Of a DNA stretch of 64,000 nucleotides, positions 44,190-52,638 are shown piece after piece (the stretch's first letter is position 1; the number at the start of each line of letters is the position of its first letter). The DNA is from Spirochaetota bacterium. GTDB taxonomy: Bacteria; Spirochaetota; UBA4802; UBA5550. A program made the translations under genes and the position numbers. The notes below the pieces were generated by a model, which was not told the DNA's origin, did no database searches, and saw only the letters and a list, made by a program, of their open reading frames with translations. The stretch covers positions 124,913 to 188,912 of the forward strand of contig JAFGJX010000069.1 in assembly GCA_016928865.1 (NCBI GenBank), written 5' to 3'.

Positions 44190-45548
44190 ATGGATGCCAA
44201 AAAAATGAGGGGAGGAGTATTGCGTGCGGGGATGATCGTCCCTGTTTTCCTGGTGGCGCTCCTGAGTCTGCAGGGGTGCTGGAATCTTCCTCTTGACGGT
44301 CTTTACCCGCGAAATGATCTCGGCGCGCGGCCGAATAAAGAAGGCGCAACCGGAGTAAAGAGCGATCTGCTGCATTTCGCACAGGTGACCGACGTACATA
44401 TTGTGGATGAGGACAATCCCCTGCGCCTGGAGAACATACGGCTCTGGATTAACAGCCCGTACGACTTTGGCGATCTTGACGGACTCATCCAGCCGATCAG
44501 CAGGGACCAGGACATCTATTCGGGACGCATATGGGACGCGGTCGTGCGCTCGATCAACGAGGGACATGAGGAACGTCCGTTCGAATTTACCATGAGCACC
44601 GGCGATCATACCGATACCGGCCTGAAAAGCGAGATGGAATGGTTCATCGGGATAACGGACGGCATCATTCCGGATTCCCTCATGGAGGCCATGGAGGACG
44701 GAAGCATGGCGGCGGTGGAACCGGCAGGCCTGAACGTGCCCTGGTATGCCGCGCTGGGCAACCACGATGTCGAATATCAGGGAACGATAAACAACGAGAC
44801 GGTGGTAAAATGCCTGCTGCAGCCGTTCGGCGACACGGGGAACCTCATAAATATGAGGTCGGCAGTCGATCTCTATCAGGAGACGTTCTCGGCGCCGTGG
44901 TGGCACGGAATGGCGGAACAACCTCCTTCGATGACTGCAGATTCGTACGGCTATTACGCCTTTAACGCAGGCGAATACGTACGCTGCATTGTCCTCAATA
45001 CAGCCATATATAATTTTTACGGGAAAATACCGAAGGAGACCCTCTCCGCCGGCTGTCTTGACAGGAACCAGTACGGGTGGATGCTGGGCGAGATTGAGGC
45101 GAATCGTGACAGGCTGTGCATCATTTTTTCCCATCACAGTCCTACGGACGGCTTTGACGACAGCCAGAGCGATATTTCGGCAAAGGAACTGATGAAGACG
45201 CTGTGTCTGTACGACAACGTGATAGCCCATATCAACGGACATTCGCACGTCAATAAAATTGTTCCGGTAAAATACCGGGGACTCCCGGGCGGCTACTGGA
45301 ATATCAATACCGGCGCAATCATTGAATGGCCTCAGGAATGGAGGGATATCACGATACGCGACAACGGCGACGGCACAGGGTCCCTTTCATGCCGGATGGT
45401 GCGCCACGGCGATGACGGTTGCCTAGATATCGCGTATGGGGATGCGGACGCCCGGCACAGTGCCAGGGAAGGGGAAAAAACAGACAGGGATGTGGCTCTC
45501 AGATTTCGCGTCCCTGCCGCGGTACAGACGAGAATCGCGTCATTCTAG
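44190..45548 (+). CDS. lipoprotein metallophosphoesterase (calcineurin-like)
   Basis: A lipobox (LLSLQGC) is present. The phosphoesterase motifs are DVHIVDED, GDHTDTG, GNHD, FSHH and GHSH. Confidence 0.8.
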   Translation: MDAKKMRGGVLRAGMIVPVFLVALLSLQGCWNLPLDGLYPRNDLGARPNKEGATGVKSDLLHFAQVTDVHIVDEDNPLRLENIRLWINSPYDFGDLDGLIQPISRDQDIYSGRIWDAVVRSINEGHEERPFEFTMSTGDHTDTGLKSEMEWFIGITDGIIPDSLMEAMEDGSMAAVEPAGLNVPWYAALGNHDVEYQGTINNETVVKCLLQPFGDTGNLINMRSAVDLYQETFSAPWWHGMAEQPPSMTADSYGYYAFNAGEYVRCIVLNTAIYNFYGKIPKETLSAGCLDRNQYGWMLGEIEANRDRLCIIFSHHSPTDGFDDSQSDISAKELMKTLCLYDNVIAHINGHSHVNKIVPVKYRGLPGGYWNINTGAIIEWPQEWRDITIRDNGDGTGSLSCRMVRHGDDGCLDIAYGDADARHSAREGEKTDRDVALRFRVPAAVQTRIASF

Positions 45549-45567
45549 GCGTGCCCACGAACCGGAG

Positions 45568-46710
45568 CTATTTTTCGCCGAGTCGCCGGCAGCCTTTGAC
45601 CGGAGCAGAACATGAATCGCCGCACTGATTTGATTCCGAGGAACAGCAGGAGTCGATGACCCCCGTCCATCTGCCTTCGTCCGCTGAATATATGAGAGCC
45701 CCGAACACGACACACTCGTACGCGGCTCGCACGGGGATTGCGATTCGTGCGGCAACGGCGGTCTCCTTTATTTCATCGATTACAAAAAGGGCGCGCATGA
45801 CACAGGGTATTCTTCTCCCAAAGTTTTCCGGGGGACGCCTGCCGATAATCAAGAAGCTTTCCACCGCGACTCTGTTTTTCTTAAGGCCGTATTCGTTCTC
45901 GAACGCGGAGCGGAGCAGGGCGCGCGCCTGATCGTCCGAAACCGCGGGAAGCGAGCTTTCCCCGGACAGCGCGCGGCACATGGTGCCGATGTGGCATTCT
46001 GAGACCTCGGCGCCGCGGTAGACGCAGCCGCTCGTGTCGTACACCCAGGTGCCGCCGCGATATGAAAGAACCGATGTCATCAGGCATTCGTACGTCGCGG
46101 TCGTATTATAGACGTCATCGGCATGCTGCACGAGCAACTTCGATTTCACGCGGTATTGAGGCGTGCACAGCTTCCAGTCCGGCTTCTTGCTTAATACGGT
46201 CACATCCTTCGTGCGAGTTCCGGGATACTGTCCCGCGACGCCGTCGGCAATCAGTTTTTTGGTTGCGGCGGCGTCGAGGTCGGGGTGCTTTTTCCTGGGG
46301 CGGGTCAACTGCTTTGATGAGATCTGCAAGATGCCGTCGAAAACCCATTCCCTTTCAAGATAGTAGAAATAGACCTCCCATATATCGCGCAGCGCGATAT
46401 CGCAGTCGATCAGGCGCACTTCGAGCGCAATCATGTGTACCTGCACGGGTATGCGCGTTCCGCCCCGCATCCTCGTGCCCCTTCTTGATTTCCCGGTGTG
46501 ATAGATTTTTTTCACGGCTGATCCCGGAGGGGATTGATATGCATCGGAGAATTCCTTCACGACCCGCGTGCGCGGGATGTCGGAATTCTTCCTGGTTGAG
46601 ACCGGATTCTTTTTCGGGGCCTTTGCCGGAGCGGTATCGCCCTGCGTTCCGCAGATGAGCAGCGGCAGAACGAGGATCATGAACATGAGACTGGATTTTG
46701 ATTGTTTCAT
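45568..46710 (-). CDS. secreted hypothetical protein with three internally similar ~110-aa modules
   Basis: ATG 46710 lies 5 nt after GGAGG. The signal peptide is MKQSKSSLMFMILVLPLLICG. Modules ending in ..WVFDG / ..GTWVYDTSGC / ..GRWTGVIDSC are similar by eye, and the C-terminus is Cys-rich. Confidence 0.55.
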   Translation of the reverse strand: MKQSKSSLMFMILVLPLLICGTQGDTAPAKAPKKNPVSTRKNSDIPRTRVVKEFSDAYQSPPGSAVKKIYHTGKSRRGTRMRGGTRIPVQVHMIALEVRLIDCDIALRDIWEVYFYYLEREWVFDGILQISSKQLTRPRKKHPDLDAAATKKLIADGVAGQYPGTRTKDVTVLSKKPDWKLCTPQYRVKSKLLVQHADDVYNTTATYECLMTSVLSYRGGTWVYDTSGCVYRGAEVSECHIGTMCRALSGESSLPAVSDDQARALLRSAFENEYGLKKNRVAVESFLIIGRRPPENFGRRIPCVMRALFVIDEIKETAVAARIAIPVRAAYECVVFGALIYSADEGRWTGVIDSCCSSESNQCGDSCSAPVKGCRRLGEK

Positions 46711-46732
46711 CGCCACCTCCGTATCAGTGCCA

Positions 46733-47767
46733 TCAGGCGCAGCGCGTGTGCGTAATCTGCATGCCCGGGACGGGCCCGACCGTGTAGTCTATTTTCTGTA
46801 AATTGAAAATCCTTTCGAGGTACCGTATGTTGTCCCTGCAGCGGCCGATATATTCTTCTTTGAAAAGCTCGGGGATTACGATACGCAGGGATTGTCGCGC
46901 CGAAATCCCACCGGTTTTCAGATGGGTTTCGATGATGCCGGCCATCTCGTTCCGCCGGGCGCGGGATTTGACCAGATATCCGAATGAGGGGTGGTAGGGA
47001 CCGGCAATGATTGTCTGCGCCTGGCCGGGGGCAAACGGATGAAGTCCCATGCGGATGACCCGGATCGTGCGGGCGAGTAAGAGGCGATACATCTTTGCGC
47101 AGATCTCAACCGCGTCCTCGAGGGATAGGGGAGCGAATGCATTTTCACGGTAGAGGCGCTCCATGGCGGTCCCGGCAAGCACAACCGCCGGGTATATTCG
47201 CACCGCCTCGGGGTTGAGGTCGGCGGCGGCGCGGGCGGAGGCGAGAGCTGTTTCCCCGGTGTCACGCGGGAGGCCCGGCATAAGCTGGATCACGAGGCCG
47301 AAGCCGTATTCCGCGATAAGGCCGGCAGCTGCAGCGATGTCAGAAGCCGTATGGCCCCTGCCCGAGGCGGTGAGAACGTCGTCATCGAAGCTCTGAGCGC
47401 CGAGCTCGACTGTGGATACCCGGTATTTCCGGAGGAGGTCAAGTGCCGACGGGGTGATGTAATCGGGCCTTGTCGAGAGGCGGATCCCGTGGATCGTACC
47501 AGCATCGAGATGGCGGCATGCGGCCGCGAGATACGATTCCTGGAGGTCGTGCGGTATGCCGGTAAAGCTTCCCCCGAAAAATGCCAGTTCGACGCGCGTG
47601 ACAGTTTTCTTTATGAAGGGCGCATACTGCCCCACGAGCGCGTCGATCGAATCTGGGGAGGGAATTTCAGGCGCGTCTGTCGTGCCCCACTGATTGCAGA
47701 AGATGCACCGGTGTCTGCAGCCGAGGTGGGGTATGAAAACCGGTATTGTTACCTGTCGTTTGGGCAT
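46733..47767 (-). CDS. radical SAM protein (ELP3-like / COG1243-type core without an acetyltransferase domain)
   Basis: The N-terminal motif is IPVFIPHLGCRHRCIFCNQ (CX3CX2C), on a ~340-aa TIM-barrel-sized protein. Confidence 0.75.
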   Translation of the reverse strand: MPKRQVTIPVFIPHLGCRHRCIFCNQWGTTDAPEIPSPDSIDALVGQYAPFIKKTVTRVELAFFGGSFTGIPHDLQESYLAAACRHLDAGTIHGIRLSTRPDYITPSALDLLRKYRVSTVELGAQSFDDDVLTASGRGHTASDIAAAAGLIAEYGFGLVIQLMPGLPRDTGETALASARAAADLNPEAVRIYPAVVLAGTAMERLYRENAFAPLSLEDAVEICAKMYRLLLARTIRVIRMGLHPFAPGQAQTIIAGPYHPSFGYLVKSRARRNEMAGIIETHLKTGGISARQSLRIVIPELFKEEYIGRCRDNIRYLERIFNLQKIDYTVGPVPGMQITHTRCA

Positions 47768-47981
47768 AAAAAAGGGTTATCAGATGTCTGTTTTACAGCA
47801 ACCCTTTTTCATTCCAGAAAGATTTTTTATCGTACTCGTCCGGGTGCTCCTGCTACACTTCCCACCAGGGCGATGGCGTGGCGCGTGGCGCCAAATATAT
47901 CTTGACATACCGGTACTATAAAATTAAATGCCATAAAATAATTGTCGCCAAAAGGTATAAAGGGAACAGGAGTTTTTTGGT

Positions 47982-48266
47982 ATGCCGACTTACGAATATG
48001 AATGTATGGAATGCAAAAACCGCTTTGAGGTGTTTCAATCAATTCATGATGATCCCGTCCAGACATGCTCGGTATGCAGCGGCAAGGTGCGCAAGCTGTT
48101 CGGAACTGCGGGAATAATATTCAAAGGTTCCGGATTTTATGTGAATGATTACAAGAAAAACGGAGGCTCGCGCCGCAACACCGCACCGGAAAAATCAGGC
48201 GACACGTCGGGTCCGGCATCGGATTCCAGCGCGACGTCGAGCTGTTCCACCGGAACGTCCGAGTAA
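47982..48266 (+). CDS. FmdB-family zinc-ribbon protein
   Basis: MPTYEYECMECKNRFEVFQSI .. CSVCSG is the classic CxxC_CxxC_SSSS signature. GGAG SD is present. Confidence 0.85.
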   Translation: MPTYEYECMECKNRFEVFQSIHDDPVQTCSVCSGKVRKLFGTAGIIFKGSGFYVNDYKKNGGSRRNTAPEKSGDTSGPASDSSATSSCSTGTSE

Positions 48267-48278
48267 TTCGGCGCCCGC

Positions 48279-50147
48279 CTATTTCCTCGATGATTTCGCC
48301 TTTTTAATCATCTGCGCTTTTTTCTGGGTGATGATGGCCATCAGATATTTTTCGATGGTCATGATGGCCTGGGCGGTCAGCTTTTCATCCTTAATTTTTT
48401 CGCCCGCCAGTGAGTCCGTGAATTCACGGACCGATTCAGCCGTCTGTCCCACTTCGGGGTTAATCATGAGATATTCCATATCGGATATTAGATACTGCTG
48501 GCTGCGGTTCGGATAGAGCACCTTGCGCGCATTGTAGACCGGGATAACGATTTTCATGTTGAGCTTGCGTATATCGTTTATGATCGTTTCGATCTCGGAT
48601 TCATGCGCCGGCAGAAGATCGATATAGTTCGACAGGGGAATTATCCTGGCATTGCTGTTCTTGATTTTAAAAATAATGTTCTTGGCTTCTCCGGTTGCGG
48701 CCGGACGATAGGAAACGGCATCATACTCATGGTCACGGGTGACGGCGACGGGGGCCTCTTCCTTTTTCGGGGCGAAGAGCGACCTGAAAAATTCCGATAT
48801 CGCGGCAAATATCGATCGGCTTCTGCGCATGCCGAGCTCTTCCCTGCTCGCGGCGGTTTCGATGGAAAGGCCGGCCTGATACTCTTCATATTCCCGTATG
48901 ATCTGCCGCAATTTGGCCACCGATTCCTCCCTGACCAGGATGAGCTTAGTCATTTGTTCGCTGAGCAGGAGGCTCTTGCCGGCATTGGACAGGAGGTTTA
49001 TTTCATCGAAAATTCTGTCTTTCTCGAAATGACCGAGGGCTGCAACGACTTCACGCTTATAGAGGATCAGGTCGTGCAGTTCCTCGAGACGCTTCAGTAG
49101 ATAGTCGCCGTCAATGAGATAGGTGATTCCATCTTCATCCCTGAATTTAATTATTCGGTTCTGGGGCCCGTTTTCATCGGCCCATTGAATGATTTTATCC
49201 TCGGGGATGTTGTCGAATACCGAGGATAATCCTGAGACTGCGGTTATGCAGTTCTCCCGTATATAGGAGACGAAATCATTTCCGGCGGTCATGATAGGGT
49301 CAATGATGGTCTCGACTTTCAGGAGGCACTCCCGGAGGGAGTTGAAGTTTTTGACTGCGGTCAGCTCGATATCCGAGAGTGAGAGATAGAGGTCCTGAAG
49401 CAGGATGTTCAGCAGATAATCCAGCTTGGTATCGTGGTAGTCGCTGTAGTCCGTGTTCAGGATCCCGAAATTTTTCAAACGTCTGAGGATTGGAACGGAG
49501 TGATTGATGATCACCTTGTTGAATTTATCAAGCGAAAGAGTGCTTTTGACCGCGTTGTAATTGTCACGGTGGAAGCAGAAGTCCTCGGCGATTTCAATAT
49601 TCTGCCGGCTTATCGAGAAATTCTTGTAGGTGAAGATTGTTTTCCCCAGCTCAATCTTAATGACCTGGGAGAGGAGGGCCCTGTTTTTCGTTTTCTTGAT
49701 GAGCTTGGTGAGATTGAAGAGCCTGAACTTGGCGATAAGATTTAGAAAGTTGTCGGCCGAGATCTGGTTGCGCTCGGCCTGGAGACGGTTGAAGTCCTCG
49801 TTGCTTATCAGGACCGTGAATTCGCGGTTTTCGATGATCGAGAGCTTCTTTGTGTCCGGTTCAACGGAAAAGGAGAACGTTATAATCGACCTCACGATGT
49901 CCGGATAGTTTTTCGTGAGGATTTCGAGGAGGTTCGAGATGATCTTGTTTCGGGCTATGGTAAAGGGAATTTTAATATTTCGTGATGTCTTCAGGTCCTC
50001 GATGGTCGCCAAGTGCCCGATGCCAGTTTTCAATACGTTGCTCTGGTAGGTCATGATTTCATGGAGGACCTCGAGAATATGCGGCTCGCGCGCCACGTGA
50101 GAATGGAGGAATGGAAATCGCTTGTCCTGAATATTTTCCTTTGCCAT
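48279..50147 (-). CDS. large hypothetical protein (622 aa), no recognisable domain
   Basis: This is a long uninterrupted ORF with coding-like composition, visibly more AT-rich than its neighbours. No Walker, nuclease or other motif is recognised. Confidence 0.6.
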   Translation of the reverse strand: MAKENIQDKRFPFLHSHVAREPHILEVLHEIMTYQSNVLKTGIGHLATIEDLKTSRNIKIPFTIARNKIISNLLEILTKNYPDIVRSIITFSFSVEPDTKKLSIIENREFTVLISNEDFNRLQAERNQISADNFLNLIAKFRLFNLTKLIKKTKNRALLSQVIKIELGKTIFTYKNFSISRQNIEIAEDFCFHRDNYNAVKSTLSLDKFNKVIINHSVPILRRLKNFGILNTDYSDYHDTKLDYLLNILLQDLYLSLSDIELTAVKNFNSLRECLLKVETIIDPIMTAGNDFVSYIRENCITAVSGLSSVFDNIPEDKIIQWADENGPQNRIIKFRDEDGITYLIDGDYLLKRLEELHDLILYKREVVAALGHFEKDRIFDEINLLSNAGKSLLLSEQMTKLILVREESVAKLRQIIREYEEYQAGLSIETAASREELGMRRSRSIFAAISEFFRSLFAPKKEEAPVAVTRDHEYDAVSYRPAATGEAKNIIFKIKNSNARIIPLSNYIDLLPAHESEIETIINDIRKLNMKIVIPVYNARKVLYPNRSQQYLISDMEYLMINPEVGQTAESVREFTDSLAGEKIKDEKLTAQAIMTIEKYLMAIITQKKAQMIKKAKSSRK

Positions 50148-50315
50148 AGTCTGCTTGCTGTCTGAACGCCTGATTGTTGACCTATGCTGTCATGCCGCAA
50201 CTATTTTTGTCAATACATTTAATGGCGCTGCCAGGTACGGGCATGCCAAGTCACAGGTGCGTGACGATCTGCGCCATGTGAGACGATTTTCGTACCGCCG
50301 CGTGCGGTGATGGGC

Positions 50316-50936
50316 TCAATCGCCATGAATCATGGGAACAAATCTGACATAGGTAACGGTTTTTTTCGAAACCGTGCCGCCACGCTTGACGATTTTGACC
50401 AGTTCCTGGGTGTAATCTCCTTCCGGGGCGACCAGAATGCCTCCGTCCGCCAGTTGGTCGATAAGCTGCTGTGGAATCCTTGGGGGCGACGCGGTCAGGA
50501 TGATCACGTCAAAGGGGGCCTTTTCCGGCCAGCCGCGGTATCCGTCACCTATCTTGACCTGCACCCGATCGTATCCCAGTTCGGCAAGCCTGGTCCTGGC
50601 GCTCTTCGCAAGCGGCTCCACAATTTCAATGCTGTACACTTCCTTCGCAAGGAGGGAGAGGATCGCCGCCTGGTATCCGGATCCGGTGCCGATCTCAAGC
50701 ACTTTTTCATCGCCGTCAAGTTCGCACAGCTCGGTCATGAGGGCGACGATATAGGGCTGGGAGATGGTCTGCCCGTGGCCGATCGGCAGGGGGTGGTCTT
50801 CGTAAGCGCTCGAGATATGGATTCCCGGAATAAATTTATGGCGTTCCACGCTTCTCATGGCCCGGAGGACCCGCTCGTCGCTGACCCCGCGCGCTTCGAT
50901 CTGATCTTTAACCATGATTTCACGAAGTTTTTCCAT
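50316..50936 (-). CDS. pcm: protein-L-isoaspartate O-methyltransferase
   Basis: The motifs GHGQTISQPYIVALMTE and VLEIGTGSGYQAAIL are present. ATG 50936 lies 7 nt after GGAGGAAA. An in-frame upstream ATG at 51035 would add a hydrophobic leader. Confidence 0.88.
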   Translation of the reverse strand: MEKLREIMVKDQIEARGVSDERVLRAMRSVERHKFIPGIHISSAYEDHPLPIGHGQTISQPYIVALMTELCELDGDEKVLEIGTGSGYQAAILSLLAKEVYSIEIVEPLAKSARTRLAELGYDRVQVKIGDGYRGWPEKAPFDVIILTASPPRIPQQLIDQLADGGILVAPEGDYTQELVKIVKRGGTVSKKTVTYVRFVPMIHGD

Positions 50937-51210
50937 GGACGTGTTTCCTCCGCTTCTGCAGTTACCGGGAACGAGCAACAGGACGGACGCAGATACTGCA
51001 AAAAATAACCCAATAATTTTATGACGAAAATACATGTTGACGCCGTATCGATGATTTCTTTTAAAAACGGCAAAAAAGAAAAATTTGTATTGAAATAAAA
51101 ACTGTTTATTGTCAGAATTAAATGTATCAAAGTCATTCATATATTTCAAGAAAATTATCATGGAAGGACGCGCGGAGCGCAACGGCGGTATACTTTAGAG
51201 AGGAAGCGGA

Positions 51211-52038
51211 ATGGCGGCTCGAAAAACGTCAAAAAAGGTCTCGAGAAAAAAACCGGCTTCAAAGCCGAAGACCGCGGCGTCGAAATCATCTTCCACGAAA
51301 ACAGCGCGGAAGCCCGTTCAGCGTAACAGGAATCCATTATACGTCCTCATAATAATGGGCCTTGCAACTGCGATAATCCTGATGGTGAACAGATACGGGA
51401 TAAAACGGGGGGGGCCTGTCGTCTCACCGGAACGCGACGTATCTTCTCACAAGGAGGCGGCACGTGACGAGGGTGTCGATCGAAAGGCTCGCGAGGAAGC
51501 GCGAGAAAGGAATGCCGCAGCGGAAAAGTCCAAAGACAGGGATAAGAGCGTTAACACGGATAAGATCGGCGTACCGGTAAAACCGGAACCGGAACAGACT
51601 AAAACGCAGGCCATAAGACCGGCGGAAAGGGACGTCAGGATCTATCTGGTTAAATTAAACGACGAGTCGGAAAAGATGTACCTGGCTTCAGTCTCCAGAA
51701 AGGTCGCGGGCGGCTCGGTCCTGGAGAAGACGATGAAGGAGCTTGTTAAAGGTCCGACCACGGCGGAAACGAACAGGGGCATGCTTACCGCGATTCCACC
51801 TTCCCTGAAGGTGAACAGCGTCAGAATACGGAATAATATCGCCGAGATCGATTTCAACGGCGCTATCGAACAGGGTGCAGGGGGCAGCGTGCTCATCAAC
51901 CGGATCGACCAGATCGTGTACACGGCTACGCAGTTTCCCAACGTTCAGAGCGTGGTCATAACCATCAACGGAAAACCGCGGCAGACCCTCGGTGCCGACG
52001 GGCTCTCCATCGAGGGGCCGCTTCACAGGAGACGATGA
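51211..52038 (+). CDS. membrane-anchored GerMN-domain protein
   Basis: A Lys-rich N-terminus is followed by one TM helix. The C-terminal GerMN-like domain reads VRIYLVKLND .. LKELVKGPT .. IAEIDFN .. LINRIDQIVYTATQFPNVQSVVITING. Confidence 0.72.
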   Translation: MAARKTSKKVSRKKPASKPKTAASKSSSTKTARKPVQRNRNPLYVLIIMGLATAIILMVNRYGIKRGGPVVSPERDVSSHKEAARDEGVDRKAREEARERNAAAEKSKDRDKSVNTDKIGVPVKPEPEQTKTQAIRPAERDVRIYLVKLNDESEKMYLASVSRKVAGGSVLEKTMKELVKGPTTAETNRGMLTAIPPSLKVNSVRIRNNIAEIDFNGAIEQGAGGSVLINRIDQIVYTATQFPNVQSVVITINGKPRQTLGADGLSIEGPLHRRR

Positions 52039-52571
52039 TGGGGCTGCTGGAAATAGAGATAAAAGCGTGGTGCGACGACCACGCGGCCGTTGCCGACCGG
52101 CTGCGCTCGGCCGGCGCGGGCCACAAGGGAACCTTCAGGGAGCGCGACCTCTATCTGAATCACCCGTCTCGCGACTTCAGATGCACCGATGAGGCTCTGC
52201 GCCTCAGGCAGGTCGACGGCAGGGTTGTCATGACATACAAGGGGCCGCGGCTCGGCGTCGAATCGAAAACGCGCCGGGAGGAGGAGGTCGCTGTCGGGGA
52301 ATACGACGCCGTGCTTCATATCCTCACCCTGCTCGGGTTCAGCCCCGCGGGGACGGTAACCAAGGAGCGGGACATATATGTCCTGGGCGAGGTGGAGATC
52401 TGCCTCGATCGGGTGGAGGGTCTTGGCTCTTTTGTCGAGCTGGAGATGAAGGGCACGGAACGCGAGAGGATCGAGAAGGACCTGTTCAGGATGGCGAAGG
52501 ATCTGGGCCTTGAACGGTTCGAGAAAAAGACGTATCTGGAGCTGAAGTACGGGAGCGCACAGGGCGCGTAA
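52035..52571 (+). CDS. cyaB: CYTH-domain protein (class IV adenylate cyclase CyaB-like / triphosphatase)
   Basis: The N-terminal motif is LEIEIKAW, with ALRLRQ, YKGPR and GSFVELEM also present. The 178-aa length fits. The start overlaps the upstream stop (ATGATG). Confidence 0.78.
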   Translation: MMGLLEIEIKAWCDDHAAVADRLRSAGAGHKGTFRERDLYLNHPSRDFRCTDEALRLRQVDGRVVMTYKGPRLGVESKTRREEEVAVGEYDAVLHILTLLGFSPAGTVTKERDIYVLGEVEICLDRVEGLGSFVELEMKGTERERIEKDLFRMAKDLGLERFEKKTYLELKYGSAQGA

Positions 52572-52638
52572 TGAGGATGTCCCGGGAGCCAAACCCCTGC
52601 GTGTCATGAAAACAATTTATCGATAGACGGGGCGTATA

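Noticed and set aside
44070-45248. 392-aa ORF antisense to the metallophosphoesterase gene; likewise 23411..24439 opposite aroB' and 20544..21302 across csrA/yhhN
   Set aside because: The sense-strand genes carry diagnostic catalytic motifs. The antisense ORFs have none, and they span gene boundaries.
46733-47767. Radical SAM gene as the missing third component of the AmmeMemoRadiSam system
   Set aside because: It lies 35 kb away on the other strand. Its N-terminal IPVFIPHLGCRHRCIFCNQ signature is of the ELP3-like/COG1243 type, not the family that accompanies AmrA/AmrB.
50937-51182. N-terminal extension of pcm giving a signal-peptide-bearing or longer protein (track ORF start 51182, ATG 51035)
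   Set aside because: A strong GGAGGAAA SD sits 7 nt before ATG 50936, and that start gives a protein of canonical Pcm length. The 51035 start (hydrophobic leader) cannot be fully excluded.
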